DNA of 64,000 nucleotides from Cirrosporium novae-zelandiae (Eukaryota): NCBI GenBank assembly GCA_026023565.1, contig JAPETS010000033.1, positions 1 to 64,000 of the forward strand, read 5' to 3'. Shown piece by piece: positions 48,251 to 61,400 of this stretch (position 1 is its first letter; each line of letters starts with the position of its first letter). The notes under the pieces were generated by a model. It saw only the letters and a program-made list of their open reading frames with translations, ran no database searches and was not told where the DNA came from. The position numbers and the translations under genes were made by a program.

Positions 48251-50537
48251 TGTAAACGAAGATGATGAAACATGTTGTGACGGGTCGTATCACTGGTATC
48301 AATATCGATTACGGGATATTGAAGTTAGGTTAGGAATGGCACGGTAATGACACGAAAGAGCATGAATGACACGAATGACACGAATGGCAAGGGATTTGCT
48401 ATCTTGCAGTGAATCTGCTTGCATCCGTGACCAGTTAGGAGAACCTGGTTTGCTCGTTTGTTCGGGAAGCGGAGTCGACGGAGGTGACGGAGGCAAAGGC
48501 AAGCACTCTGGCAAATTTGACGATCAACGAAAGGAACAGATCATCAGGAGGTCTGTTTGGGTTTCTGCTTTGGGGAGGGGAAAGAGAAAGGGAGGGGGGT
48601 GGGAAGGATCCTCTGTCTGAGACTTGTCACTTGCCTACTCGGTCATTAGTATCAAGTCACAAAAGAGTATATGGGAAGTCATATTACGGGCTATTCAAAC
48701 ATAGAATAAGTGGAAGGAGGTGGGATCGGATCAAATTCGGAGTTTGGCTTTTGGGTTTGGTATTTTTTATTTTTTATCTTTTTTCGATCTTTCTAGGTCT
48801 TTGGTGGACACATGAAAAGCTTGAGAAGCCTAGAAAGTTGCAATAAAGAGAGCGGGGGCTTATCTTCCCTCGGTAAGCCGGGTGGTTTAGAACGAGTAAC
48901 ACGAGTCGGGGTGATACGAGCATCATTTGATAGGCAAAATAAATAGGGTGGGAGGGAATTGATTTTTACAGGGAGAGAAACAGTTTAGTTAGGGACATTT
49001 AGGGAATTTTTTTGATTTGCTTGAGGGGGAATATTAATTAAAGGCGGGTTTTGGCTGGGAATAGCTGGCTGGGAAGGCTTTTTCGGATTGGCGGATGAGT
49101 CCTACCGAACCTTTTTTTTTTTTGCTTTTTTTGTTACGACGAACATCAAGCTAAGGATTATAAGTGGTGTCTGAATAAAAATGACACATGCATTTAATAG
49201 ATAAACACCACACACACACACACACAAGTAAGGACAGAGTAAAATGCATGTATGAATCGATACAGATGGATCAACTTGCTATAGAATATGCACTCTTCTT
49301 CATTAGGCAGGTAGTACTGGCCAACTCAACGATAGATTAACCATGATAAAAAAGCTCCACCCATGTCATGAACAAGAACTAGAGATCAAGGAATGAAGAA
49401 GAAATCATACAGATAGAGACTGATACATGAAATCAGAAGGAAGGAATGAATGAATGATAAATTACTGTTGGTTGGAATGGTTATCCAGCAGCCATAAAAG
49501 AAGGAAGACTTGCTTGTATGGCTTTCTTCTAAAAGTGACGAGTAAATTAAAATTTATGTGGGTAAGATGCACGTGCCAATTTCCTTTTTCGGGTTAGTAT
49601 TAGACCTAATTAACGCACCCTACTGGGTAAGTTAAGGGTACGAATAAGAGTACGAATAAGAAGAAGAGGGATCTTCCTAGACTTTCTAGTCACGTGCTAC
49701 TCCGGCGAAATCCGGTATTTTCCATCTCCTATCCCGATACTTGTTCCGAAAACTCCGAGAACTCCGAGCCGCACAGTCCTCCTCAGCCTCGTCCTAACTT
49801 TTGCTTTTGCCTCTCAAAGGTTGAACTGAAACTCTGAACTCTGAACTGACAACGAGTGAAAGACGAATCCTCTCCACGCGTTCTGCCATCTCGAACAACT
49901 GAACCCTGCAGAGCCGCATATCTCTCTCACAAGTCACATGTAATTTTCCCTCTACTACTCGAGTATACTCCACTATACCATAACTTTACTAACCTCGACT
50001 CGCCTTGAGCTTCAGTAATGTTACCATACTTCTGGGTCTTTTGAAGCTCTCATATTGACTCCATCAAATCTCAAAGCTTCTCCCAACAGCATTCACCATC
50101 AAGGGGATCAACTACGTTTACGTGCACCCACCGCGTCATAGTAACCTTATTGTGGTCTGCTCAGTCTCTTTCTTCTCCCTGGAACTGTAACTTGATATAT
50201 CCCAAAGGTAGATAACTCCGTTCATCCTTCTTCAGCCCAATTTGAATTCCCAGTCAATGTCGGTTGTTCCTCAATGTGACTAACCCAAATTTTACATGCC
50301 CCTGCTCTGTCTGGGGTAAATCACACCATGGGTCAATTTTAGTCTACGTGCATTATTGAACCCATCATCGAGACCTGTTACTTGAGATATACTGATTATG
50401 CCTCCGGTATAGGTTCATGTACACATCTAATATCATCACCCCATAAACAGCCTCTACGGCATGAGACTGCCAGTCTCAGTGTTTGAAGCCAATATCGGCC
50501 AGTCGCTAATCGCCGTTATCCTCGGGGTTTGATAACC

Positions 50538-52245
50538 ATGTCGGTGTATCTTGTTTATCTTGTGCTTGTTACTACTCTCGGGCCGCTACAGTTTGGTTAC
50601 CATCTGGTAAGAAAACCCTTGAGGCATTGCACCGACTTGAAATATCATCAAGAGCCAAAGTTTCTGTACAGATGACAATTTCCCTCGAGGGCATCGCCGG
50701 ATACCACGGATAGCTCTCTTAAATAATAATTTGAGCTCCGTTCTCCGCATAATCCATTCATTGTTGTACCATGCTGACATTCTTTCTTCGAATAGGCTGA
50801 GCTTAATGCTCCAGAGTCCGTAATAAGGTGCCAGAAGAAGTCGATCGTCATTTCTGGTGCCGCCGTCAAAATCCATAGCACACGATCCCCACAATGTATT
50901 CCCATGAGCGCAGCCCAGTTCGGGCTTGTCACATCCATCTATACACTCGGGGGCCTTCTCGGTGCTCTTGCAGCAGGTCCAGTGTCCACCAGGCATGGCC
51001 GTCTTTACGCGATGCGTCTGACAACGTTGTTCTTCATAATCGGTCCAGTTCTTGAGGCACTCGCACCTAGCATTCCTTTCATGGTCCTGGGAAGAATAAT
51101 ATCGGGGATTGGTGCAGGAGCATCCATCGTGATAGTCCCTCTATATATTGCAGAGATTGCGCCTCCGGATAAAAAAGGGTTATTTGGGGCTATGACTCAG
51201 ATCATGACCAACGTAGGGATTCTGATTGCACAGTTGCTTGGGTATTTCTTGAGTTATGATAGTTATTGGAGGATAATTCTTGCAGTTGCCGGTGGGATTG
51301 CACTTGCGCAACTGGCTGGACTATTTTACACACCCGAAAGCCCGAGATGGCTCGCAGAGCATAACCGGGCAGGTCTAGCAAGACGTGTCCTTCAGAAGGT
51401 TAGAGGACACAGCGTTGATATTTCAGAGGAAGTTTCAGAGTGGGGTATTCATGGAACCGCTAGTGACAGTAACGCACCAGGTAACCTCATTTTAGATCCT
51501 GGGTGCTTCGGTGTGAAGCTGACTTTTTGCAGATGAAGAAAATGCCTTACTCACTAATCCGGATAATGAACAGCCAACCTATTCCAAGCATACCCACAAC
51601 CCCCCAGTTGGATTCTTTGCTGTCATTCAAACGCCTCCCTATAGCCGTGCTGTTTATGCAGTCATTGGAATCATGGTCGCCCAACAACTTACAGGCATTA
51701 ACTCTATAGTCATGTACTCTGTCTCGATTTTAACCACGATTCTTCCGGCAGCCGCTCCTATGATTGCAGTTTTTGTTTCTGTTGTAAATTTGTTTGTAAC
51801 CACCTTATGCTCCCCACTCGCGGACAAATTAGGCCGGAAGCGGGTTATCCTGATCTCCATTGCTGGCATGGGTATCAATTCCTTCTTGCTAGCCTTTGGC
51901 ATATATTATAATATCAGACCGCTTTCGGCTGTAGCGACGCTGCTTTTCGTTGCGAGCTTTGCTACCGGTCTTGGTCCTGTCCCTTTCATTCTAGCTTCCG
52001 AGCTTGTGGGCCCAGAAGCCGTTGGTGCAACGCAAAGTTGGGCATTGGCAGCAAATTGGATAAGCACATTCGTGGTTGCTCAAGGAGTTCCCATGCTCAA
52101 CGAAGTGTTGAATCGTGGAAGGATGTATTTTCTGTTTGCTGCTATGGCGGTATTGTTCGGTGCATTCATAGCTATCTTCGTTCCGGAAACGAAAGGGAAG
52201 AAGGATGCGGACGAAGTTTGGGGCCGAGTACGAAGAGAAGATTGA
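50538..52245 (+). CDS. MFS sugar-porter family transporter (YBR241C/Vps73-like, probably vacuolar); introns 50607-50795 and 51481-51532
   Basis: TLGPLQFGYHL|AELNAP, GRIISGIG, PLYIAEIAP, PESPRWL, QQLTGINS, DKLGRK, GLGPVPF, PETKGK. Confidence 0.88.
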
Positions 52246-53501
52246 TTTCAAATTTGGACGGTTATAGCTTTGAACGATAAATGCAGGGATCTAATGCACA
52301 GTAAGATTTAATAGGCATGGAGTTAGAGGAGCCGGGGATAAAGTAGGTGTTTAGTTGATTCCTTTGTGTTATAGAGCTACGTGCGTACAGTCTGTCCATG
52401 GTGCCACCGAGCGGGCAGTGATTGTCCTAATTCATAATCCATCCTTCAAAATAGTCTGGAGATGGATTACTCCAGTACCGCATTACTGTATCGAAGGCGG
52501 AGGTTAACAAGTAACGAGGCCGAATTGTCGATATAACCTAATTTTTAGTCTACGGAAAATCTATTGGACCGTCATGACATGGAAGTTTAAGTTTCATCCT
52601 GGGGGTAGGGGAAATGGCCTCGGTTTAAGAATTTTCCAGTCCACCTCTCGACATGGTAATTTTTTGCATACAACAGACAGCCCCGAATGTGAAAGGAATA
52701 GAGATCCCCTGGGCCTCACGAAATTAAGCATGGCTGGCACCTCCTCAACATTAATATCGGCCTCGCCCGTACCCCCTTTCTTCCCACTATCGAATCTAAC
52801 GATGTATCCCTAAGGAATTCATTCTTCCGCTCGTACTCTTTTTATACTTTAATTCTCTCACTAAACCACCACTTCTATCCATGTAACTTGAGGCCAATAT
52901 GGATGTACTGTACCATAGATGTTCAAGTGAGGGTCTAGGATTATGGGTATGGTATGCTAATCAGTTTTAGTTATGGGACCTGCAGCTTACAACTAGAAAA
53001 AGAGACTTGAAGATTATCTCATCTGAAATCAAAGTCGTGGGTTGCTTGCAGCGTTGTCCAGATCACTCATTCATCATGACGAAATTATTCTGGTAAGATG
53101 AAAAGATGATAGTCAAAAGTTATACTTGCCAACAGAAGACGAAGAGGAAGAAAAAAGGACAAAAAAAGAACAAAAAGGGGCAAAAAGGAAACTTAAAGTA
53201 GGGCATCTCAATACGTCTGTGATATCCGAAAACTCATTTCTGGGGATTGGTTTTACACAAGTCAGCCAGTCCACAGTTCAAGCCCAGGTTAAGGGTATCA
53301 CACTCTGATGCCTTCCTTGGCGTAGGAGTGGAAAAGATCTCTCGACCACTCGCTCGCTCTTCTCGGGTGAATGTACAGTACATATCTTAATGTAATGTTT
53401 ATAAGTTAGTCTTAGGGGGCATTCTAGGTTCAGTTTTTAGTGACATTGATGTTTAAGGGGTTTCTTTTTCTTTTCTTTTTAAAACTGTACTTCATAGCTC
53501 A

Positions 53502-53547
53502 TTCCCTTTCCCTTTCCCTTTCCCTTTCCCTTTCCCTTTCCCTTTCC
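53502..53547. repeat. (TTTCCC)n hexamer microsatellite near the core/accessory boundary
   Basis: About 7.5 perfect units. Confidence 0.9.
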
Positions 53548-54180
53548 ATTCTCGAGGGACTTTATTCACGTTCTAGTCTATATTTTCTATAACCTGATTC
53601 CAAAGATTATTCAGATCCACCATCTTTAATACCTCCTACAAAGTTACTACACTCCCCCCAAGCTCTTCAAATCTTTTCTCGATTCTCATTTTTTTGCTTT
53701 CACGTAGGTAGGTAGCTTAGCTTGTTTATCATCCTCAAAGTTGATGGGAAAAAAAATATTCGTCTGGTGGATGGTTATGTTATGTTCTGGGATTTCCTAG
53801 GGGTTAGGGGGTGAAGGGCCGTGAATTGTTTAGTTTATTTGTTTGGGGATTTGATGAAATAGTTGGGGATAGGGGGTGAGGGGGGGGGGTGCCATGTTGG
53901 TATTAGGGATAGGGTTTTGAAAGGATACTGACGGTGGGGTTGATTGAGAGGATATGGAAATAATTCATCATTTGGTGCGATAGGAAATTTCGACTTTTGG
54001 TAATTTTGGTAGAGGGCATAAAAATACACTAGGGATAAGACCTATTCGCTATGAGATGAATATAATATATTTTTTGTTAGGTATAACTAAACACGATAGG
54101 AGATGCATCGAGAAAAACAAAACCACCCTGAATTCAAACGAAAATTATACAAGTTCTGAGCTGAGCTATACCATCCAAAA

Positions 54181-55716
54181 CTATCTTCCCAATAAGAGTG
54201 TTGATAAAGGCTGTACCACAAGATCCTTAAACCTCCGGAGCTTAGCTGAATTATCATCCTCATCCTCATCTCTCTGGTATAAAAACTTGTTCTCTGAGGC
54301 CTCATCTTCCACCCATCGAAGACACGTCGTAACTATATTGACGTACTTTGCACTCATTCTTTGACCCAGCTCTTTGTTTGCTAGACCAAACATCACCTCT
54401 TGAGTCACGATAGGTTCTATCAATCTCCCGAGCTCCATTGATTCGGTGGTATCGATATAGTTTAACTTCGCGGCAATCTGGCGATATAGATCGCACATCG
54501 ACAGGCTTTCCGCTCTCCCTATAATGAGGGGTTCCCAGAGACCTATCTCCAGGAGACAGACACCTAGGCTGTATATGTCATGGCCGATGGTATGTCGTCC
54601 TTCTAGGTGCAGCCCTTGCCGCTGAGGATGTTGATATATGTTCTTGGTCCACCTGTCGTCACCCCACCACGAAGATGGGTCATCGGTGGCTCTCGACGTA
54701 CCCCAGCTGGTAAGAAAGAGGAATCCTAGCCTATAATTGGCGGTGTTTGGGTTTGGGGTATAGCCTTTTGAGGATTCAAGGATCGCAATCGTTTCCGGAG
54801 AGATGCTTTTGTGAACGAGCTTAGCCGCATGGACCGAGTAAATAATCTCGGATAGTCTGCTTGCCAGCCGTAACCGCTGTCGGTAGGATACCTGGCTTCT
54901 GCTCGCAATTAGACTCTTCAAAGATCGTGGGTTCTGTAGTCCAGGTGGGATCTCAAAGATGAGTTCAACTCTTGGCTTCATTCGATAGCCCAAGCATGGA
55001 AGCATGCCGGCTTTTATATCATTGCTAGTCAATCTAGCCGCTAGATAAGACGTCGACTCCTTTAGCTGGGGATTATCTCGCCGGCTAAACGGAACAATTT
55101 TGTCAGATCCCGGACGCTCAATCATGACCTCGACCTCTCTGATCTTCCCGTCTTCGCCTTTTATCTCCGCATGCGCCAACCAGACATGTAGCATAGTTCC
55201 TGATCGCGAGGCATAGTCTCCGCCGCACCGTGTCGTCGTGCGGAAGTTCTGCGGCGTCAGTAACCTCTCCCGGGTTAATATCGGTTTGTTGACATTAGTT
55301 AGGATGATGAACATAGAAAAATCATTCTGCCACTTGTCAAGGTTGCATATGATATCCCGTAGCTGTCTCCGACCGTGAAGCGCAAAGTAGAATCTGTTTA
55401 TCCGTCCAGCGGTATCAACCGATTTGTCAAGCTCCTCCCGGGCCTGTTCTAAGGATGACTGCAGCCTCGTAAGATGAGCCCTCGCGATACATTTAAGCCG
55501 CTCGTTCGTGGCGTTCTCTGCCATCAGTGCTGTAGCAAGTCGAACACTCATCTGCAGCTGTCCGTTGTGAAGATCGTAGCCAAATGTTTTTAGCTCCTCC
55601 AGGAACTTGGGGGCCCCGAAAAACGATTCAATCCGTTTCGCGATGCTTATTCCCATCTTCGATAACGCCACGACCGTTTCCGGTCCGGCCATGGCGGCGA
55701 GAATGAGCTCTGTCAT
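54181..55716 (-). CDS. HeLo/HeLo-like N-terminal domain + kinase-like (pseudokinase) domain protein
   Basis: Intact 511-aa ORF with a hydrophobic N-terminal helix and helical bundle. C-terminal part has R.RLA..L...I..VH...LVHKSISPETI, NIYQHPQRQG and HDIYSLGVCLLEIGLW, and lacks the HRD Asp and DFG. Confidence 0.75.
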   Translation of the reverse strand: MTELILAAMAGPETVVALSKMGISIAKRIESFFGAPKFLEELKTFGYDLHNGQLQMSVRLATALMAENATNERLKCIARAHLTRLQSSLEQAREELDKSVDTAGRINRFYFALHGRRQLRDIICNLDKWQNDFSMFIILTNVNKPILTRERLLTPQNFRTTTRCGGDYASRSGTMLHVWLAHAEIKGEDGKIREVEVMIERPGSDKIVPFSRRDNPQLKESTSYLAARLTSNDIKAGMLPCLGYRMKPRVELIFEIPPGLQNPRSLKSLIASRSQVSYRQRLRLASRLSEIIYSVHAAKLVHKSISPETIAILESSKGYTPNPNTANYRLGFLFLTSWGTSRATDDPSSWWGDDRWTKNIYQHPQRQGLHLEGRHTIGHDIYSLGVCLLEIGLWEPLIIGRAESLSMCDLYRQIAAKLNYIDTTESMELGRLIEPIVTQEVMFGLANKELGQRMSAKYVNIVTTCLRWVEDEASENKFLYQRDEDEDDNSAKLRRFKDLVVQPLSTLLLGR

Positions 55717-56746
55717 AATCTGGCTTCACTGCGAGAGAATCGGGCTAGACTTGTTAACGAGAATGATATAAAGGAAGCTTTGCGTATGACCAAGGGCTGT
55801 TGGAAAATCGCGAGTGTGTGGTATCGACGAAGATGTTGTTTATTTCATTTGGAAAGTAGGACCTTTTGAATGGCTGTAGTCAAGGCGTCCTTTGTGTGAC
55901 ATGGTCAAACATGGTTGTCTCAGTCTTTGTCTTTGCCAAGTCGTGTATATCTACCACACTTTGGGGGTAAAAGGAGGGTTGAGCCTATACAATACTTAGT
56001 AGGTCAGTATGCTTTATATATACGTGATCAACCATATCTTCATAACCCTCACCCTGTCGTACAGGATGTATACACGAGCATTTTTAACCCGATTATTGAA
56101 ATTCTCACTTCTACACCCACCGAGTAGGTTTCCAAAAACCATCATCTGCAACGACCTGCACTTTCCGGCGAAGAAAATACTTCGAAAGCATTGGTTTAAC
56201 TTTTTCCCCCTCTTTTGCTGCTGGCACTAAGCAAGCACAACAAATACCGATGAGATCCCATTGTTCCCGGCATTTTGACTCATAAATGAACGTTGAGTCA
56301 GCTTGGTATTTATCGCAGAAAGCCTAACTGTGGTTTGGTAACCTAGTTGATGGAGCAATTGTATGACGAGGTAAGATTGAGTTATATCGGGGAACGCATG
56401 AATTCCATTTAGCTGGCAAGGCTAGCCCTATCCCCTTGCTGTGAAAGAAGCATAGCATTTGATACTGACAAATACAACTTTCGGCGAGCGGGATTGATGT
56501 CATTTTCTAGAAGGTCAACTTGTAACATCTATAGTCTATGTTGTATCCTAGGTTTTGCTGTTTGAAGATATGTTTGCATTTGTTTGCATAATCATGTACA
56601 GCAGTTATGCTAGGGTCTAATGAAAGGAAACTAATGCCAAGCACGTGCCAAGGTCTGAGATATACTCGAGTACTGTGTTTATCGGCATTTAAAGTATTAA
56701 CGTTAAACCTTAGTTCTTGACTACAGTTAGCCTAAACTTAACACTC

Positions 56747-57902
56747 ATGGTGAATTATCCATTTCAGGCAAATATACTTTCGGAAGCACAAATAAGCTAA
56801 TTTATGCAACTGTAGCAAAATTTGGAAGATTTCCCGTCTCCTTTTTCTGCCGACAAGAACCCTCTATCAGATCTCAGGCTGATTGCAACAAACAACCATC
56901 ATCCCCTCGGTGCAAATCCACTTTCGGCAACACCCCCGACCCAGCTCAGTTTTTTAGAATCTTCTTTACCGGCTGCCTACCGTAACAGTAACAATGAGCT
57001 GCAAGAGATTGATGTGGGATCAACAGAAAGCTTTGAGGAATACATTGCCTGGGAGCTGGATGTCTCGAGGTTGAATAGGATTTATAAATATCTATGGCTC
57101 GCCGGACGACCAATGAATGCTCGTCCTCTACATCGCCAGATTATGCTAGACAGAGAGATTGTTATCACCGAGCAAGCAGATCTTCATCTTGTTTGGCAAA
57201 GGACGCGTCTCTTTGTAAACCTCTACCAGAGTTCTTGATGGACTATGCTTTTTGGAAAGAACATCTTTGTCGAAAGGAGTACCTATATGAATATGCCAGT
57301 GGTTTTCTGCTATATATATGGTTGATATTTCACCGAAATGATCTAAAGATCGCTCAAGCCCAAGGATTGCTGTCCCCCAGTCTCACATAGGAGCACTGGA
57401 CTGCTTTCAGTAGGTCTGTACTGCTTTCAGTAGGTCTGTACTATCTAAACTCGACCATGTCCGCCTATCAAACATCAATATTCGTTATAGATATGGCGAG
57501 CTTCGACTCTCTCGCCTGAATTGGATTTATCGTCTTTCCTCCGAGACTCGCAACTCTACAACCATTATCCAAGGATATATGCACGGTTACAATCGCTATT
57601 CACTCTTTATCCAGCAGAACTTCGCCTGGCTTTTAGTAGCATTCATATATCTCTCTATCCTTCTGACAGCATTACAAGTTGGTCTAGCTACTCACCGACT
57701 GAGTGGGAGTGACATATTCCAGAATGTGTCCTATGGTTTTACCATCTTCTCTATTCTAGCCCCGTTAACCGGGATTGCGGTCATTGTGTTGATGCTATTT
57801 GGGTTATTTGCATTCAATCTTTTTGTGACGATTTCTTTCAAAAAAAATGTCAAAAAGAAGAGGGAGATACACCCTTCAAGGGATGGCTCTAATTCGTCTT
57901 AG
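56747..57902 (+). pseudogene. DUF6601-family pseudogene (two C-terminal TM helices)
   Basis: ELDVSRLN.I...LWLAGRP..ARPLHRQ, ITEQADLHLVW, KPLPEFL, RYRYGELRLSRLNWIY, LTALQVGLAT. 1-nt frameshift at about 57217, TAG at 57388-57390 in place of Trp, and a 20-bp tandem duplication at 57401-57440. Confidence 0.8.
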
Positions 57903-58423
57903 GATACGTTTGCTGATGGCACCAACAGTGCCGTCTGGCTAATTTCATTGAACTAACTTATTTATAGGTTCTAGTATAGTTGGCAGCATTTGCAAGATCT
58001 ATTAAACCCACTGCGAAAATTTAACGATGCGTTCTACGATGATACTAGTAGGACTTTCAGTGAACCTAAGCCTTACATCAAAGCACCAGTCAGCTCTTCC
58101 ACGATTTGTAAATACATGACTAGCCTTATTCTACTTTAAATGCTATAACATATACTAGGTCGCCTGTAGGATTTCTGTGGTCTATGAGATTAAGGCCAAT
58201 AACCGAGCGACTATTATAACCGCTCTTTATTATTGGCCGCTTACTCCTCACCAACTCTTGTTTTCTATTCATATATCAGAGCCTGCTTGCAAATAATATT
58301 TTGGTCTCGTTTGACACATAACTTGGAACGTTTCCCGTATCGATATTGTGTGAATAGAAAAGCTTTTCAATATCCACCTCTACTCAAAGTTCATTCCAAG
58401 TCATCCCGAATAAAGTAGCAATC

Positions 58424-61400
58424 ATGCTTGGCAAGGCTGCGCAGTATCTCAGTCCAGAAGTGGCTATATTTATTGCCATCGTTACAATAGCCCTACTATC
58501 CTTCTATCGAATAGTCCGACTTCAGCAGCACCCTTTCCCGCTTGGCGCAATACGACTCTTCCCTCCGGACATGGTTGATGAGAAGAATAGCGCTGTTGAT
58601 ACGGCCAAGGCCTCCACAGAGAATGACACGGCTGAAGAAGAAAAATGTATCCCTATCGAATATGTTGTCCCTTTGCATATTAATTTTCGTTGGAGAAAGT
58701 TATTGACAATGCATACCCTCTGTCAAGTATATTTGCCGTTCACGGGCTTGGTGCCCACTCGCTCTACACATGGACAACAGAGGCATCACAAACTCAGTAT
58801 AGGAGCAGACTTGCTGCAGGCTTACCCGAATCCGAAGCTAAACGCATCAACTGGCTTAAAGAGTTTATACCAGAAGAATTCCCGGCGGCTCGTGTTCTTA
58901 CGATCACAACGCAAATTGGGTTTTCAGGGCACCAGTTAAGACTATCCGTGAAGCAGCTACCAACATTCTGCGCGAGATTCTGCGAGCGAGAGAATCGAAC
59001 AAGGTTTGACATATTTGTAGCTTATGTTTCCAAAGCTGCTTACATGTTCTCATAGGAATCCCGTCCAATCCTCCTGATAGGCCATAGTTTCGGTGGCATT
59101 GTCATCAAGGAAGTAAGTGATTTAGATAAGAATACATTACTAAACAATGTCCCCTTCCTAATTTGGATCAATGCTGACTTTTCAAAACTTAAGGCGCTGA
59201 TTCAAGCTCATGACACTAAAGAGTACAAAGATATATTTGATGCGATTTACGGCATTCTGTTTCTTGGAACACCACATCAAGGCTCCAGCATGTCTTGGCT
59301 TGGGCAGTTACTTGCCATGATAACAGCACCATTATTAGGATCAAACAAAATGCTGCTCCATTCCCTTGAATATCATGAGTATGGGTTGACTGAGTTACAA
59401 CAGCGGTTTTCGCAGTGTCTTGACAAGACCGACAAACAGTTCCGCGCCTTTTATGAAACTTTACCGACTACCTTTTTTGGATTTTCTGTAGGCCTAGTAA
59501 GTCTTTTGAAATAATTTCATATCGACTCCGCTGAGGAATTCTTTTAGGTCGTTGACAAAGCATCGGCGCTATACAATTTGGACGGCATAGATCTCAATAA
59601 GAATCATCGTGGGCTCAACAAATTCCAAGAATGTACCGACCCAGATTATCACAAAATAGTGTCAGCGATTCGAGGCATTACAATTCCTTCAGTATTAAAA
59701 TATCGTGAAGCTCATAAACTCGAAGGCTAGCATCCATTCTTGTGCCACTGGAATATGACATGATCTGATACCCATTTACAGAAATTAATAAGCTCTTAAA
59801 TGAGTTTAAAAAAGCTTTAATGTCAACTCTGGAGATCGGTCTCGAGAAATACATCTCACAAGAACGTCGGCCGAATATACATGAAGTCAAGCGCTGGTTC
59901 TTAAAAACAAGAGAATATCAAAACTGGTTCTCTAACCAGCTGCCGGCCTCTCCAGAGTCACGATTCCTATGGTATACTGGAAGGCCAAATATTGGGAAAA
60001 CTGCCATTGCGGCTGATGTCGCCCACGACTTTAAAAACATGTTAAAGAATACCTAACTGCAAGACATTATTTTCTTTTTCTGTTCCTTTTTTGATAAAGC
60101 AAAGCGAAATGTGCTCCCAACCGCGGTTCTCCACTCTATGGTATGCCAGCTCCTTATTTCTGATTTTGAAAGAATTCATCATCTTAAAAGAGACGGCCAA
60201 GAGCTCTTGCACAGACTACTCCAAGCTCCTGTCCAAGGATTTTCTATTAGTGAGGTCGATTATTGGGACATGCTAAGTCGCTTGATCCGAGCAAATCGGG
60301 CACGAGGGCTGCGAATTGTGATAGAGGGATTGCACCATATGCAACCCGAGGAAGAAAAAATTAAATTCGTTAAAGGTTTGCGAAATATGGTGAATGCTTT
60401 TAACTTAGAAACCGACATGCTGGTAAAAGTCTTTGTGACAAGCCTTCCGCACAACCCGATTGTAGAAGTCTTTGAGGGTCTTCCATCTATAAATCTAGCG
60501 AATGAAGTAGCAGGTATGTGTACCGGTATTGAATATTAATTGGATTACTGATCATTCAAAGAGTGCCTCAATTCGCTACGCCCAATGGCATACAATGTTC
60601 GCCAGGAATCTGTTGTAAACGCATACGATAACACAGACAACTGGATTCAGGAGGACCCAGACTACGCCAAATGGAAAAATAACAACACTTCTAGCATCCT
60701 TTGGATTTCAGGAAAGGCGAGGAGTGGGAAGTCCACACTTCTGAAGAAAATACTCAAGGCCTTTCGGGATGAGTATCACGTTCAGGGTCCAGCGGAGATG
60801 TTTGATAAAGAACGCCATATTTTTCCTCCGTCAATTGCCGACTTCGAATTCGACAGAAGGGATAAATTGAGCTCCATGAAAAAATTCCTTGTTGCCTCGT
60901 TCTTTTATAGCCTTCAAGGTGATAAAAAAGAGATAAGCCATCGGAACATGCTCCTCTCAATATTATTCCAGCTATTGAGGCAAGAAGAAGCCCTATTCTT
61001 CAAGTTTCGTGACATATTCTTATCGCTACAAAAGGAGCATGTAAGGGCAGCGCCTAATTCAAGCTGTGTGATAGGATAACTATCTAAGTAGTGATTAACT
61101 AACTAGAATACTATAGGATTCGCATTCGAGACGCCAGAATGATGATAGCTTTAGGAGTGCCCTCTGAGGTAGATGCAAAAGTTGAACGCTGCCCCCATAA
61201 TACGTGGGGTAGCGTTCTTCTTTATAGGATTACTCAGGCGCCAAGCGAGCGCTTCGTAAGCGCATAGACGTGATGCTTGGCATGCCCTAACAGAGCATGG
61301 GAATGGTTTCCAACATGGGACAATATTCATATGGCCATTAGAGGACCTTGAGTGCATCTTTCGCAGGTTATTACACTTTGACGGTTTCCCTTTGACTATT

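Noticed and set aside
54181..58700. Amyloid signalling motif (HRAM/PP/sigma) linking the HeLo-like protein and the NLR
   Set aside because: No N/Q/G-rich pseudo-repeat at the effector C-terminus or the NLR N-terminus, which is a TM helix.
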